The notes: generated from the letters alone by a model not told the origin. DNA of 64,000 bases from an uncultured Chloroflexia bacterium (GCA_963752475.1 CAVVYR010000006.1:512001-576000); one strand, 5' to 3'; counted from the stretch's first letter, positions 1 through 9,643 are shown. Program-made: numbers and translations.

Positions 1-762
1 CCCATGACCGGGGGCACCCTCGAGGTGCTCGGCATGGACCCGCGCAACGACGGCTCCGCGATCCGGCGCCGCCTCGGCGTCGTGCCCCAGGCCGACACGC
101 TCGACATGGAGTTGACGGTCATGGAGAACCTCGTCATCTACGGGCGCTACTTCGACCTGTCCTACGCGGAGTGCCGCCGTCGCGCGGACGAGCTGCTCGA
201 CTTCGTGCAGTTGACCGAGAAGGCCGACTCCCAGGTGGAGCCGCTCTCGGGCGGCATGAAGCGGCGCCTGACCATCGCCCGCTCGCTCGTCAACGAACCC
301 GACATGATCCTGCTCGACGAGCCCACCACGGGCCTCGATCCGCAGGCGCGGCACATGGTCTGGGAGCGGCTGTACAAGCTCAAGCAGCAAGGCACCACGC
401 TCATCCTCACGACCCACTACATGGATGAGGCGGAGCAGCTCTGCGATCGGCTCGTGGTCATGGACAAGGCCCAGATCGTGGCCGAAGGCTCGCCCCAGGC
501 GCTCATCAGCGAGTACGCCAGCCGAGAGGTGCTGGAGCTGCGCTTCGAGGACCTGCGCACGCCCGACCTCGATGGCAAGGGCCAGGGGTTGATCCAGCGC
601 TCGGAGCAACTGCCCGACCGCATCCTGCTCTACACCGACTCGGGTGAGGCGCTGGCCGAGGTGCTTCACGGAGAGGGCGTTCGGCCGGTGAGCCAGCTCG
701 TGCGCCGATCCTCGCTCGAGGACGTCTTCCTGCGCTTGACCGGGCGGAGGCTCATCGAGTGA
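1..762 (+). CDS. ABC-2 exporter ATP-binding subunit (NodI/DrrA-like), 5'-truncated by the window edge
   Basis: LSGGM signature, ILLDEP Walker B and TTH H-loop. Walker A is absent, so the true start lies upstream of the window. Confidence 0.9.
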   Translation, partial: PMTGGTLEVLGMDPRNDGSAIRRRLGVVPQADTLDMELTVMENLVIYGRYFDLSYAECRRRADELLDFVQLTEKADSQVEPLSGGMKRRLTIARSLVNEPDMILLDEPTTGLDPQARHMVWERLYKLKQQGTTLILTTHYMDEAEQLCDRLVVMDKAQIVAEGSPQALISEYASREVLELRFEDLRTPDLDGKGQGLIQRSEQLPDRILLYTDSGEALAEVLHGEGVRPVSQLVRRSSLEDVFLRLTGRRLIE

Positions 763-1547
763 CGGCTCGCGACCACCTGCGCAGCATCCTGCGTGTGGTG
801 GAGCACCACGCCATGGTCTATCGCCGGACCTGGCACGGGACCGTCTTCTCCACGTTCCTCAACCCCGTCCTCTATCTCGCGGCCCTGGGCGTGGGCCTGG
901 GTGCCTTCGTCGACCAGTCCAACCCTGCCGGTATCGAAGGTGTGCCCTACGCCACCTTCCTCGCACCGGGCATCCTCGTGGCCACGGCCATGAACAGCGC
1001 CACCGGAGAATCGACGTATCCGGTCATGGCCGGCATCCGCTGGCTCAAGACGTACGTGGCCATGATCATCTCGCCGCTCGACGCGCGGCACGTGGCCACC
1101 GGCCAACTGCTGTGGGCGGGCGTGCGCGTGACCCTCGGCGGCATCGTCTTCCTGGCGGTCATGATCGCCTTCGGGGCCACCGACCTGGCGCACGCGGCCT
1201 TGATGCTGCCGGTGACGGTGCTCACGGGGCTGGCCTTCGCGGCACCCATCCAGGCCTTCGCCGCGGCGCAGAAGAACGACACGCCGTTCGCCTGGCTCTT
1301 CCGCTTCGTGATCATGCCCATGTTCATCTTCAGCGGCACGTTCTTCCCCATCAGCCAGCTGCCCGAGCTGCTGCAGTACGTGGCCTATGCCACCCCGCTG
1401 TGGCACGCCGTCTCGCTCTCGCGCGGCATCGCGCTGGACATGCTCGATCCGGCGCTGGCGGTCGTGAACCTCGCGTACCTCGGCGCCCTCGTGGCGGTCG
1501 GCCTGGCCTGGTCGTACCGCACGTTCAGCCGCAGGCTGACGGAGTAG
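759..1547 (+). CDS. ABC-2 type permease
   Basis: Hydrophobic 262 aa with YATFLAPG and FSGTFFP..LP motifs; GTGA overlap with the ATPase. Confidence 0.9.
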   Translation: MTARDHLRSILRVVEHHAMVYRRTWHGTVFSTFLNPVLYLAALGVGLGAFVDQSNPAGIEGVPYATFLAPGILVATAMNSATGESTYPVMAGIRWLKTYVAMIISPLDARHVATGQLLWAGVRVTLGGIVFLAVMIAFGATDLAHAALMLPVTVLTGLAFAAPIQAFAAAQKNDTPFAWLFRFVIMPMFIFSGTFFPISQLPELLQYVAYATPLWHAVSLSRGIALDMLDPALAVVNLAYLGALVAVGLAWSYRTFSRRLTE

Positions 1548-1551
1548 CGCG

Positions 1552-2340
1552 ATGTTCATCACCACGCGCTTCATCCCCACCCGAGCCCTCGGTGGCTCGC
1601 GAGCCCACAAGGTCTTCGAGCGCAACGTCATCGTCTACCGACGCGCCTGGACCATCATCGTCAGTGGCTTCTTCGAGCCGGTCTTCTACCTGCTGGGCAT
1701 CGGCTTCGGCCTGGGTACGCTCGTGGGTGACGTCGGCGACATCCCGTATGCGGCCTTCGTGGCGCCGGGACTCATGGCCACCGCGGCCATGAACGGCGCG
1801 CTCTTCGAGTCGACCTTCAATCTCTTCTTCAAGCTGAAGTACGCCAAGACGTTCGACGCCATCCTGTCCACGCCCCTGGGGCCGTCGGACATCGCGGTGG
1901 GTGAGGTCAGCTGGGCGCTCACCCGCGGCCTGCTCTATGCCATCGCCTTCCTGGCGGTGATGCTGGTCCTTGGGTTGGTGCTCTCGCCCCTGGGCCTGCT
2001 GATGGTCCCGGGCGCGCTCCTCATCGGTCTGGCGGCGTCGGCGGTCGGCATGGCCGCGACGACGTATATGCGCAAGTGGCAGGACTTCGACATGGTCACG
2101 GTCGTAGTCATGCCGATGTTCCTCTTCAGCGGCACGTTCTACCCGATCTCGGTCTACCCCGACTGGTTGGAGACGTTCGTCGAGTTCACACCGCTCTACC
2201 GCGGCGTGCACATGATGCGGTCGTTCTCGACCGGGGAGGTCGACGCGATGATCCTCTTCGACATCGCCTACCTCTCGGTCATGGGTATCGTGGGCCTGGC
2301 CATCACCGCTCGCCGGCTACGCGGGCTGTTGCTCAAGTAG
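1552..2340 (+). CDS. ABC-2 type permease (second paralog)
   Basis: YAAFVAPG and FSGTFYP motifs; paralog of the preceding gene. Confidence 0.9.
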   Translation: MFITTRFIPTRALGGSRAHKVFERNVIVYRRAWTIIVSGFFEPVFYLLGIGFGLGTLVGDVGDIPYAAFVAPGLMATAAMNGALFESTFNLFFKLKYAKTFDAILSTPLGPSDIAVGEVSWALTRGLLYAIAFLAVMLVLGLVLSPLGLLMVPGALLIGLAASAVGMAATTYMRKWQDFDMVTVVVMPMFLFSGTFYPISVYPDWLETFVEFTPLYRGVHMMRSFSTGEVDAMILFDIAYLSVMGIVGLAITARRLRGLLLK

Positions 2341-2379
2341 CGCGCCCTGCTACGACCTGACCAGCGGCCAGGCACCGGC

Positions 2380-2547
2380 CAGACCGAGGCGCCGTCCTGA
2401 TCGCTCGGAACGGCGCCTTGAGCGGCGGCGGGAGGGTCAAGGTCCCGGGGCCTCGGTCCGGACGTCTTCACGGCGTAGACGTCCTGCCAGGGAAGGGGAG
2501 AGGCGAGTCTTCTTCCCTGTCGTACGTGCGTCTCAGTACGTAGTACC
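2380..2547 (-). ncRNA. Candidate structured non-coding RNA of unknown class
   Basis: Lies downstream of a near-consensus promoter. Serial stems 2521-25/2536-40, 2488-95/2512-19 and 2460-67/2477-84, plus a three-way junction closed by 2382-89/2451-58. Confidence 0.5.
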
Positions 2548-2552
2548 TACGG

Positions 2553-2581
2553 AGTCTATGGACCGACTACGTACGTGTCAA
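2553..2581 (-). promoter_or_regulatory. sigma70-type promoter TTGACA-N17-TAGACT, overlapped by TACGTA/CGTACG palindromes
   Basis: On the + strand, tgtcaa at 2576-2581 and agtcta at 2553-2558, with a 17-nt spacer. Confidence 0.75.
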
Positions 2582-2615
2582 GCCGGCTGGGGCTACACCG
2601 CGTCCCGGTCGCCTT

Positions 2616-2769
2616 CCTCATCCCCGAGTGGCTCGACTCGACGCGCCGACGGCCCGACTGCAGGATCCGAGGCTTGAGGTGGCTGAAACTGACGATCCGA
2701 GCCCGGTTGAGGCTGAGACGAGGCACTTCCGCGTCTTGACTGTCGAGTCCAGCTAGCTGGGGATAGCCG
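2616..2769. repeat. Long imperfect palindromic intergenic element, copy A
   Basis: Arms 2620-2642/2742-2764 (18/23 complementary). 2711-2769 is about 45/60 identical to 17800-17859. Confidence 0.6.
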
Positions 2770-2789
2770 CAGGAGGTGGAGCGCGTCGA

Positions 2790-4052
2790 TCAAGCCCGCT
2801 TCGGGCGGACGCCGAACAGCCGCCTGGCAGCGCTGAGGTCACCCCAGTCGATGCGGCTGACCCCACCGAAGGCCGCGTACTCCGCAAGTGCGGTGCGCAT
2901 GGCCTCCACGAAGCCCGGCTCCTGGCGAGGGGAGAAGGAACGCTCCCACCACAGCCCAAGGACACGGATCGTGCCGCTCTCGCGATCGATGCGCGGCTCG
3001 ATGCGGCCGACCAGGCGGTCGCCCCACAGTAGCGGCAGCACGTAGTAGCCCCAGCGGCGCTTGGCCTTGGGCACGTATACCTCCCAGACGTAGTCGAAGT
3101 CGAAGAGGTTCCGCAACAGATCGCGGTCCCATACGAGCGGGTCGAGCGGAGCCAGGAACACGACCGATGGAGAGGCAAGATCGGCGGCCGCATCGGCAGC
3201 GCGTAGCTGAGTCGATTCCTCGGCCAGCACGAATCGCCGTCCGCGCACGCCCTCGACCTCCACCGGGATGAGCGCGCCAGCATCCAGCAACTCCTCGCGC
3301 AGCTCCGCGCGGGTGGGAGTGCTGGGCGGGTCCGTGGCGCGCAACTTGCTCGCAGGGCCGAGCCCGTACCAGAGCGCGTACTCGCCGCTGGCCCCGAGCA
3401 GGCCGTGCGCCCGATAGCGCGAGAGCATCTTGTGGCGCAGCTGTTCGCGCTCGGATCGCTCATCACCCAGAAGCTCGGCCGGGAAGACCCGCTCGGTGAG
3501 GTCGAAGTACCTCCGGTTGCCCTCGCGCCTGTCGAGGCTTACGACCCCGGCCTCCCAGAGGGCCTCGAGGATGGCCCGCACCTCGGTCGTCGGACCCCAG
3601 TACCAGGAGACCTTGCCCTTTCGCTCGAAGTCGAGGCTCGTGAGCGGTCCTTCGGCGCGGATGCGCTCCAACACGTGCTCCATGGCCTCGCGATGACGCA
3701 CGAACGCATCTTCGGTGTGGATGCGGGTGAACCGCGCCCACGTGTGGCGATGCCAGGGCAGCTCGGAACTCGGGACCAGGCTGAGCATCTTGTTGTAGGT
3801 TTCGAAGAGTTCGCGCGTGCCGTAGAGCAGCTCGCTGGTCCACTCGATCTCGTAGTCGCGAACGCGTGCATGGAGTGCCAGGTCATGGTTGCGGCCGGCC
3901 ACCGCCAGCGGGTCGAACTGGATCGAGCCGAGCCGCTCGAACACCGCCCGCACGCCGTCGAGCCCGGCGGTCTGGGCGCGGGCAGGCGCGAGCATGTGGC
4001 GCTGCACGAGGAAACGGCGCGCACCGGCCGCGCTGACGACGATGGGGTCCAT
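2790..4052 (-). CDS. YcaQ/AlkZ-family (HTH_42) DNA crosslink-repair glycosylase
   Basis: GSIQFDP (QxD) motif and APLDPLVWDR...WEVYVP..KRRWGYY. Start placed at ATG 4052, 6 nt after TATGCT. Confidence 0.85.
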   Translation of the reverse strand: MDPIVVSAAGARRFLVQRHMLAPARAQTAGLDGVRAVFERLGSIQFDPLAVAGRNHDLALHARVRDYEIEWTSELLYGTRELFETYNKMLSLVPSSELPWHRHTWARFTRIHTEDAFVRHREAMEHVLERIRAEGPLTSLDFERKGKVSWYWGPTTEVRAILEALWEAGVVSLDRREGNRRYFDLTERVFPAELLGDERSEREQLRHKMLSRYRAHGLLGASGEYALWYGLGPASKLRATDPPSTPTRAELREELLDAGALIPVEVEGVRGRRFVLAEESTQLRAADAAADLASPSVVFLAPLDPLVWDRDLLRNLFDFDYVWEVYVPKAKRRWGYYVLPLLWGDRLVGRIEPRIDRESGTIRVLGLWWERSFSPRQEPGFVEAMRTALAEYAAFGGVSRIDWGDLSAARRLFGVRPKRA

Positions 4053-4125
4053 CGCCTGAGCATAGGGGTCCCGAAGTAGCGGCCGCGAGGCCAACCGCTC
4101 GACCTTCCCTATACTTCCCATCTGC

Positions 4126-5301
4126 ATGGCCACATCCCGCGACTACTACGAGATCCTGGGGCTTGAGCGCGGCGCCAGCGACGAGGACATCAAGCGCTCC
4201 TTTCGGAAGCTGGCCCAGCAATGGCACCCCGACGTCAACACCGACCCTGACGCTGACGCGCGTTTCAAGGAGATCAACGAGGCCTACCAGGTCCTGTCCG
4301 ATCCCCAACGCCGGCAGCAGTACGACATGTTCGGTCGGGCTGGCGTCGGTGGCACCGGCGCGGGCGCCGAGGGCTACGGCCCGTTCGGCGGCTTCCAGGG
4401 CTTCGGCGACATCTTCGACGCCTTCTTCGGTGGCGCTGCCGCCGGAGGTGCTGGTGGACGCCGCACGCGCCGCCCCGCCGGCGCCGACCTTCGCTATGAC
4501 CTGCAGCTGACCTTCGAGGAGGCCGTCTTCGGGGCGGAGAAGGAACTCTCCTTCAGCGCCCTCGATACCTGCGACACATGCGATGGCTCCGGCGCCGAGG
4601 AGGGTTCCGAACCCATCTCGTGCCCCCAGTGCGACGGCAGTGGCGAGGTACGTGAGGTGCGCAACACGCTGCTCGGCCAGATGGTCAACGTCACGCCCTG
4701 CGGTCGCTGCCGCGGCACGGGCCAGGTCGTCGAGAAGCCCTGCCCCACCTGTGCCGGGCAGGGTCGCGCCGAGCGCAAACGCACCCTGCGTGTGAGCGTG
4801 CCGCCCGGCATCGATGACGGCCACCAGATCCGCCTCACCGGCGAAGGGGAGGCGGCACCCCGCGGCGGCACCCCCGGCAACCTCTACGTCGTGACCCACG
4901 TGGAAGAGCATCCGCAGCTCAAGCGCGACGGTACCGAGCTCTACCTCGAGCTCACCTTGTCGATGACGCAGGCGGCTCTGGGCGCCGACATCCCCATCAT
5001 CACGCCCGACGGCGAGGAGATGCTGGAGGTCAAGGCCGGCACGCAGCCCGGGACCGAGATCCGTCGTCGTGGCAAGGGCGTCCCGCACTTGCGCCGCAAG
5101 GGCGCTCGCGGCGACCTCCATGTGCTGGTCGACATCGAGGTGCCCAAGGACCTCAGCGATCGGCAGCGCGAGCTACTCGAGGAGCTGGCCGCGGAGTCGG
5201 GAGAGCTTGCGGCTGATGGCGAGACGGCCGTGGCTGACGGGCCGCGCACGAAGCATGGCAAGCGCTCGCTGGGCGACCGCATCAAGGACGCCATCGGCTA
5301 G
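4126..5301 (+). CDS. dnaJ: Chaperone DnaJ
   Basis: J-domain with HPD, G/F-rich region and four CxxCxGxG repeats. Confidence 0.97.
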   Translation: MATSRDYYEILGLERGASDEDIKRSFRKLAQQWHPDVNTDPDADARFKEINEAYQVLSDPQRRQQYDMFGRAGVGGTGAGAEGYGPFGGFQGFGDIFDAFFGGAAAGGAGGRRTRRPAGADLRYDLQLTFEEAVFGAEKELSFSALDTCDTCDGSGAEEGSEPISCPQCDGSGEVREVRNTLLGQMVNVTPCGRCRGTGQVVEKPCPTCAGQGRAERKRTLRVSVPPGIDDGHQIRLTGEGEAAPRGGTPGNLYVVTHVEEHPQLKRDGTELYLELTLSMTQAALGADIPIITPDGEEMLEVKAGTQPGTEIRRRGKGVPHLRRKGARGDLHVLVDIEVPKDLSDRQRELLEELAAESGELAADGETAVADGPRTKHGKRSLGDRIKDAIG

Positions 5302-5303
5302 AC

Positions 5304-6299
5304 GTGAACGACGAGAAGCGGACGCCGCCCGGAGCCGATGAGGGCACCTCGGCGGCAGGGACCTGGCTGGAGCTGGCCATCGAGTGTGACCCGGAGGCGG
5401 TGGAGGCCGTGAGCGAGATCCTCTCGCGCGCGGCCAGCGGCGGCGTCTCGGTAGAGCAGCCCTTCACCACCGGGCAGGAGGGCTTGGCTGCTACGCCCAT
5501 CTTCGATGCTCCGGTGACGATCCGTGCGTACCTTCCGGCCCTCGACATGGCCGCAGCAGAGGCGGCTATCGCCCAAGCCCGTGAGCGGCTCGGCCACCTC
5601 ACCGCCTTCGATCTGCGTCCCATCGGCGAGCTGCAGGTGCGTGAGGTCCACGAGGAGGACTGGGCCTCGGCCTGGAAGGAGCACTTCCCGGTCATGCGCC
5701 TCGGACAGCGGATCGTCATCAAGCCCACGTGGCGTGAGTACGACCCTGCACCCGACGACGTCATCATCGCGCTCGATCCGGGCATGGCCTTCGGCACCGG
5801 GCTGCATCCCACCACGCGCCTTTGCCTCCTGGGCCTCGAGCGCTGGGACGACGAGGGCCTCGTCACAGGCGCCAGCGCGTTCGATGTCGGCAGCGGCTCG
5901 GGTGTGCTCGCGGTGGGTGCGGCATTGCTGGGGGCCGTGCCCGTGCGCGCCATCGACACGGACCCCATCGCGGTCGAGTCGACACACCAGAACGCCACCC
6001 GCAACGGCGTGACGGTGCGCGCCACCCAGGGCAGCTTGCCCATCGACGACGGTCCCTTCGATCTCGTCTTCGCCAACCTCGTAGCCTCGATCCTCGTCGA
6101 GCTCGCGGCGCTGCTCGCCGGGACCGTTCGACCCGGCGACGGCACGCCCGGCAGCGGTGGCCGGCTGTTGGCCTCGGGCATCTTCATCGACCGCGAGCCG
6201 GAGGTGCGGCGCGCCCTTGCGGCGGCCGGCCTGCGCGTCGTCCATCGGGAGCAGGAGACCGAATGGGTCTCGCTCGACCTCGAGCGCCCCGAACCGTGA
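5304..6299 (+). CDS. prmA: Ribosomal protein L11 methyltransferase
   Basis: LDPGMAFGTGLHPTTRLC and DVGSGSGVL motifs; follows dnaJ. Confidence 0.95.
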   Translation: MNDEKRTPPGADEGTSAAGTWLELAIECDPEAVEAVSEILSRAASGGVSVEQPFTTGQEGLAATPIFDAPVTIRAYLPALDMAAAEAAIAQARERLGHLTAFDLRPIGELQVREVHEEDWASAWKEHFPVMRLGQRIVIKPTWREYDPAPDDVIIALDPGMAFGTGLHPTTRLCLLGLERWDDEGLVTGASAFDVGSGSGVLAVGAALLGAVPVRAIDTDPIAVESTHQNATRNGVTVRATQGSLPIDDGPFDLVFANLVASILVELAALLAGTVRPGDGTPGSGGRLLASGIFIDREPEVRRALAAAGLRVVHREQETEWVSLDLERPEP

Positions 6300-6781
6300 T
6301 CCCGGCCGAGTGGTTCCCTTACCTCCTGACCATCCACATCATCCTGGCCATCTCGCTCTTCGTGCCGGCCTTCGCACTGCCATTCACGATGCGGACGCGG
6401 GGCATGGACGGCGAGCCCGTCGTCGGCGGCAACCGCGGTCGTGCCGTGCGCGGCCTCATCTGGCTCGAGGCGCACGGCACGGTCATCATCGGTGTCGGGG
6501 TCGCCGCGACCGGCATCGGCATGCTGGCCATCCTCGGCTCGCAGTTCGCACAGCAGCCCTGGCTCCTGCTCGGCATCTCCATCTATGCCGTCATCCTGGT
6601 CGTCTCGTTCTTCGTCCAGCGACCGGGCGTCCGTCGTCTGCTCGGGCTCAGGGAGGCCGCGACCGAGGAGGAGAAGGAGAAGTGGCGGCAGCGAGCGCGT
6701 CGGCAGCGCTACATCAGCTACGGCATGGCCGCAGCCATCGGCCTCATCGGTTGGCTCATGATGAGCAAGCCCCAGTTCTAG
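6296..6781 (+). CDS. Four-TM membrane protein (DUF2269-like)
   Basis: GTG 6296 overlaps the prmA stop. Four hydrophobic segments, an N-terminal TIHI and a C-terminal LMMSKP. Confidence 0.7.
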   Translation: MIPAEWFPYLLTIHIILAISLFVPAFALPFTMRTRGMDGEPVVGGNRGRAVRGLIWLEAHGTVIIGVGVAATGIGMLAILGSQFAQQPWLLLGISIYAVILVVSFFVQRPGVRRLLGLREAATEEEKEKWRQRARRQRYISYGMAAAIGLIGWLMMSKPQF

Positions 6782-6797
6782 TCCGCAGGAGGAGCCA

Positions 6798-7148
6798 GTG
6801 ACCGACCCGAACTGCCTGTTCTGCAAGATCGTGGCGGGTGAGATCCCGTCGGACAAGGTCCACGAAGACGAGCTCGTACTCGCCTTCAACGACATCAACC
6901 CGGTCGCGCCGACCCATCAGCTCGTCATTCCCAAGCGCCACATCGCCTCCGCCGCCGACCTGGCCGAGACCGATGCCGAGCTGCTGGGCCGGGTCTTCGC
7001 GGTGGCCGCGTCACTCGCGGCCGATGCCGGGTTGCCCGGCTCGGGCTATCGCGTGGTCACCAATGTCGGCGTCGACGGCGGCCAGTCGGTCGCTCACCTG
7101 CACTTCCATCTCCTCGGCGGCCGGGCCATGACCTGGCCTCCGGGCTGA
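6798..7148 (+). CDS. HIT-family nucleotide-binding protein (HinT-like)
   Basis: CLFCKI and HLHFHLLGG histidine triad; AGGAGG RBS. Confidence 0.95.
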   Translation: MTDPNCLFCKIVAGEIPSDKVHEDELVLAFNDINPVAPTHQLVIPKRHIASAADLAETDAELLGRVFAVAASLAADAGLPGSGYRVVTNVGVDGGQSVAHLHFHLLGGRAMTWPPG

Positions 7149-7158
7149 GCGCTCGCTG

Positions 7159-7698
7159 ATGCCGCTCAGGCTGCTCATGACACTGCCGCTGGTCGCGGTC
7201 CTCGCCCTCGCCGCCTGTGCCAGCCCGGACCGACCGTCGGTGGTGCCCGACGAGGTCGAGCTGCCGACGCCGATGCGCACGATCGACGTCTCCGTCCAGC
7301 GCACGATCACGGCGCTCGAGACCGCGCTGGCCGGAGCCGGGGAGCGCTTGACCATGCCCATCGGGTCATATCGGCCGTCGGAGCCGAGTTCGCTGCTGCA
7401 GTTGCCGCGGACGATTCGGCGCGTGGACCTCGCCGACCCCGACGACGGCTTCGTCGTCATCTACGAGGCGCCCAGCGACGGCGCCGCCACGGAGCTGGCC
7501 GATGATCTCGTCGAGTACGTCGAGTCCGGCTTCGGGCAGACGAACTTCGCTGCCGACACGCAGTTCGCGGTGAGTACGCTCGAGGACACGATCGTGTTCA
7601 CGACGTGGTCGCAGCGCCGCTCGGACGACCCTGACCGCGCGCAGGCTGCATTCGACGCCATCGCCAGCGTGGGCACCCCTGTCGAGATCAACAAGTAG
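7159..7698 (+). CDS. Hypothetical lipoprotein
   Basis: Hydrophobic N-terminus ending in an LAAC lipobox. Confidence 0.65.
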   Translation: MPLRLLMTLPLVAVLALAACASPDRPSVVPDEVELPTPMRTIDVSVQRTITALETALAGAGERLTMPIGSYRPSEPSSLLQLPRTIRRVDLADPDDGFVVIYEAPSDGAATELADDLVEYVESGFGQTNFAADTQFAVSTLEDTIVFTTWSQRRSDDPDRAQAAFDAIASVGTPVEINK

Positions 7699-7701
7699 GG
7701 A

Positions 7702-9393
7702 CTACTCGGCCTCTCGGACTTGCAGGGCCACATCGCCACCAGCCCACTCGCGCACGAGATTGCGCCTGATCTTCATCGTGTGCGTGCGTGGGAAGTCGCG
7801 CTCGGGCCAGAGTCGCCAGGCGGCGACTCGCTGGTGCATCGAGAGGTCGGCGTTGGCGGCCTTGACCAGGCCGTCGATCTCCGTCCGCAGCTCGTCATCC
7901 ACCTCGCGGTCGTTCGCGGCCTCTTGGTCCGCCCGCACGATGGGCACTGAGCCCGGAGGTAGCACCACCGCCTCGATGCGGCCTGGATCGGTCTCGAGCA
8001 CGACGGCCTGGGACAACCCGTGGTCGGCGAGGGCGGCCTCGATGTCCTCGGGATAGACGTTGAGCCCGTTGGGCAGCACGATCATGTTCTTCAGGCGCCC
8101 GGAGAGCCGTAGATCGCCCGACTCGGTGAACTCACCTGTGTCGCCCATCCGGTACCAGCCGTCCTCGGTGCGTGCCTCGCGCGTGTTCTCCTCGTCGCGC
8201 CAGTAGCCCGGTGAGACATTGCTGCCCCTGACCTGGATCTCGCCGGTATCGGGATCGATACGCACCTCGGTGTCCGCGTGGGAACGACCGACCAGCCCCG
8301 GTGGATGGTGCCACTCGGTGTTGGCCACCGCGAAGCCGACCTCGGTCGAGCCGTAGCCCTGCAGGACGACGATGCCGAGGTCCTCCCAGGCGATCTGGAG
8401 CTCCGGTGGGAGGTAGGACCCGGCCGAGAGGATCAGCTCGAGGGCGCCGCCCATTCGCGCGTGCACCGGGCGGAACAGCAGCCGTCTGAGGGGGTAGGGC
8501 AGGAACTTCGCGAGTCGCGGGGCATGGTCGATGTACGGGGAGCCCAGGCGTCGCTTGCGGATCTGGCGCTGAAGGCTGTTCCAGACCAGCTCGAGCACTT
8601 GGGGGGTGGCGACGAGGACATTGACTTTCAGCTCGCTCAGCAACCCGGAGATCAGGCGGAGGTTGCGCACGTACACCACCTCGGCTCCGAGCATCGTGCC
8701 CGTGAACAGGGTCCCGATCTGCTCGAGCAGATGGGACAACGGGAGGATGGAGATGGTCCTCAAGTGCCGCACCTCGAAGAGGTCCGTGAACATGCCCATG
8801 GACGCGAGGAAGTTGCCGTGGGTCAGGAGCACGCCCTTGGGCGCGGCCGTGGTGCCCGAGGTGAAGTGGATCTCGAAGAGCGAATCGCGATCTGGTTGCG
8901 GCCAGCCTCGGACCTGAGCCTCCCAATCCTTGGGCCAGTCATCGTCGGGCTCGGCCGTCAGATCGCCCAGCTTCTGGATGTCCATGCTCTCGAGTCCGAT
9001 CTCGGCGGGATCCGGAGCGTCATAGCCCTCGTCCACCGCCAGCGAGCGCGTGTCGGCGATGGAGGCGATGCGCTCGACGACCTCCTTGGTCATGCGTAGG
9101 TCGATGGGCACGACCACGAGGCTGGCCCTCATCGCGCCCCAGTAGACCGCAGGCAGGTTGGGAGTCGAGGGTGACCACGTCATCAGGCGATCGCCCGGCT
9201 CCAGCCCGAGAGAGCGGAGTCGCCAGGCCGCGAGCATCGAGCGCCGCTGCATCTCCTGCGCTGACCACGCAAGCTCGGTGCCCGAGTCCAGGCGCAGGCT
9301 GTACATGACGCGTTCCGCGGGCCAGCGCCCGGCCGCATCGTCCAGCAGCTCGACGAGCGAGTCGTAGTCCGAGGCATGGGGGAAGTCGGTCAT
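7702..9393 (-). CDS. Long-chain acyl-CoA synthetase / AMP-binding enzyme
   Basis: FTSGTTAAPKG, QGYGSTE, GWYRMGD, GRLKNMI and the C-terminal catalytic Lys (TMKIRR). Confidence 0.9.
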   Translation of the reverse strand: MTDFPHASDYDSLVELLDDAAGRWPAERVMYSLRLDSGTELAWSAQEMQRRSMLAAWRLRSLGLEPGDRLMTWSPSTPNLPAVYWGAMRASLVVVPIDLRMTKEVVERIASIADTRSLAVDEGYDAPDPAEIGLESMDIQKLGDLTAEPDDDWPKDWEAQVRGWPQPDRDSLFEIHFTSGTTAAPKGVLLTHGNFLASMGMFTDLFEVRHLRTISILPLSHLLEQIGTLFTGTMLGAEVVYVRNLRLISGLLSELKVNVLVATPQVLELVWNSLQRQIRKRRLGSPYIDHAPRLAKFLPYPLRRLLFRPVHARMGGALELILSAGSYLPPELQIAWEDLGIVVLQGYGSTEVGFAVANTEWHHPPGLVGRSHADTEVRIDPDTGEIQVRGSNVSPGYWRDEENTREARTEDGWYRMGDTGEFTESGDLRLSGRLKNMIVLPNGLNVYPEDIEAALADHGLSQAVVLETDPGRIEAVVLPPGSVPIVRADQEAANDREVDDELRTEIDGLVKAANADLSMHQRVAAWRLWPERDFPRTHTMKIRRNLVREWAGGDVALQVREAE

Positions 9394-9643
9394 GGCCGGG
9401 AAGTGTAGCGGTGAGTCCAGGCCGCGATGGAACCAGCAGGCGCGAGTGAACGATCAAGTCGAACCCGAAGCGGATCGACTCACCTACTAGTCGATGATCA
9501 CCACAGAGGGTCCGGCCGGTCATCGAGGAGGCAGATGCTCGGCGCAGGATCGGGGCCCTGGCTACTCCATCCTCGATGCACCCGACCAGTACCGCCGATG
9601 CCGGTGGACCGCTGCCTGACGGGGCTCGGGCAAGATAGTGCCG

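Noticed and set aside
1-2340. Nod-factor export linked to the sulfotransferases
   Set aside because: NodI/J-like ABC-2 exporters are widespread, the loci are over 30 kb apart, and no nodABC is present.
2268-2471. 67-aa minus-strand ORF downstream of the orphan promoter
   Set aside because: No SD, the start is buried in a hairpin loop, it overlaps the permease by 73 bp, and the composition is not protein-like.
4053-4133. Longer N-terminus for the ycaQ-like gene and a CIRCE element before dnaJ
   Set aside because: The extension overlaps the dnaJ start and ATG 4052 fits the leaderless pattern. No TTAGCACTC-N9-GAGTGCTAA is present.
5282-6898. Long antisense ORFs (also 13739-14968, 20962-22467, 31547-32881, 33828-35048, 40248-41774, 52853-54472, 61123-62853)
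   Set aside because: Shadow ORFs opposite well-supported genes, expected from stop-codon scarcity at high GC; no motifs seen.
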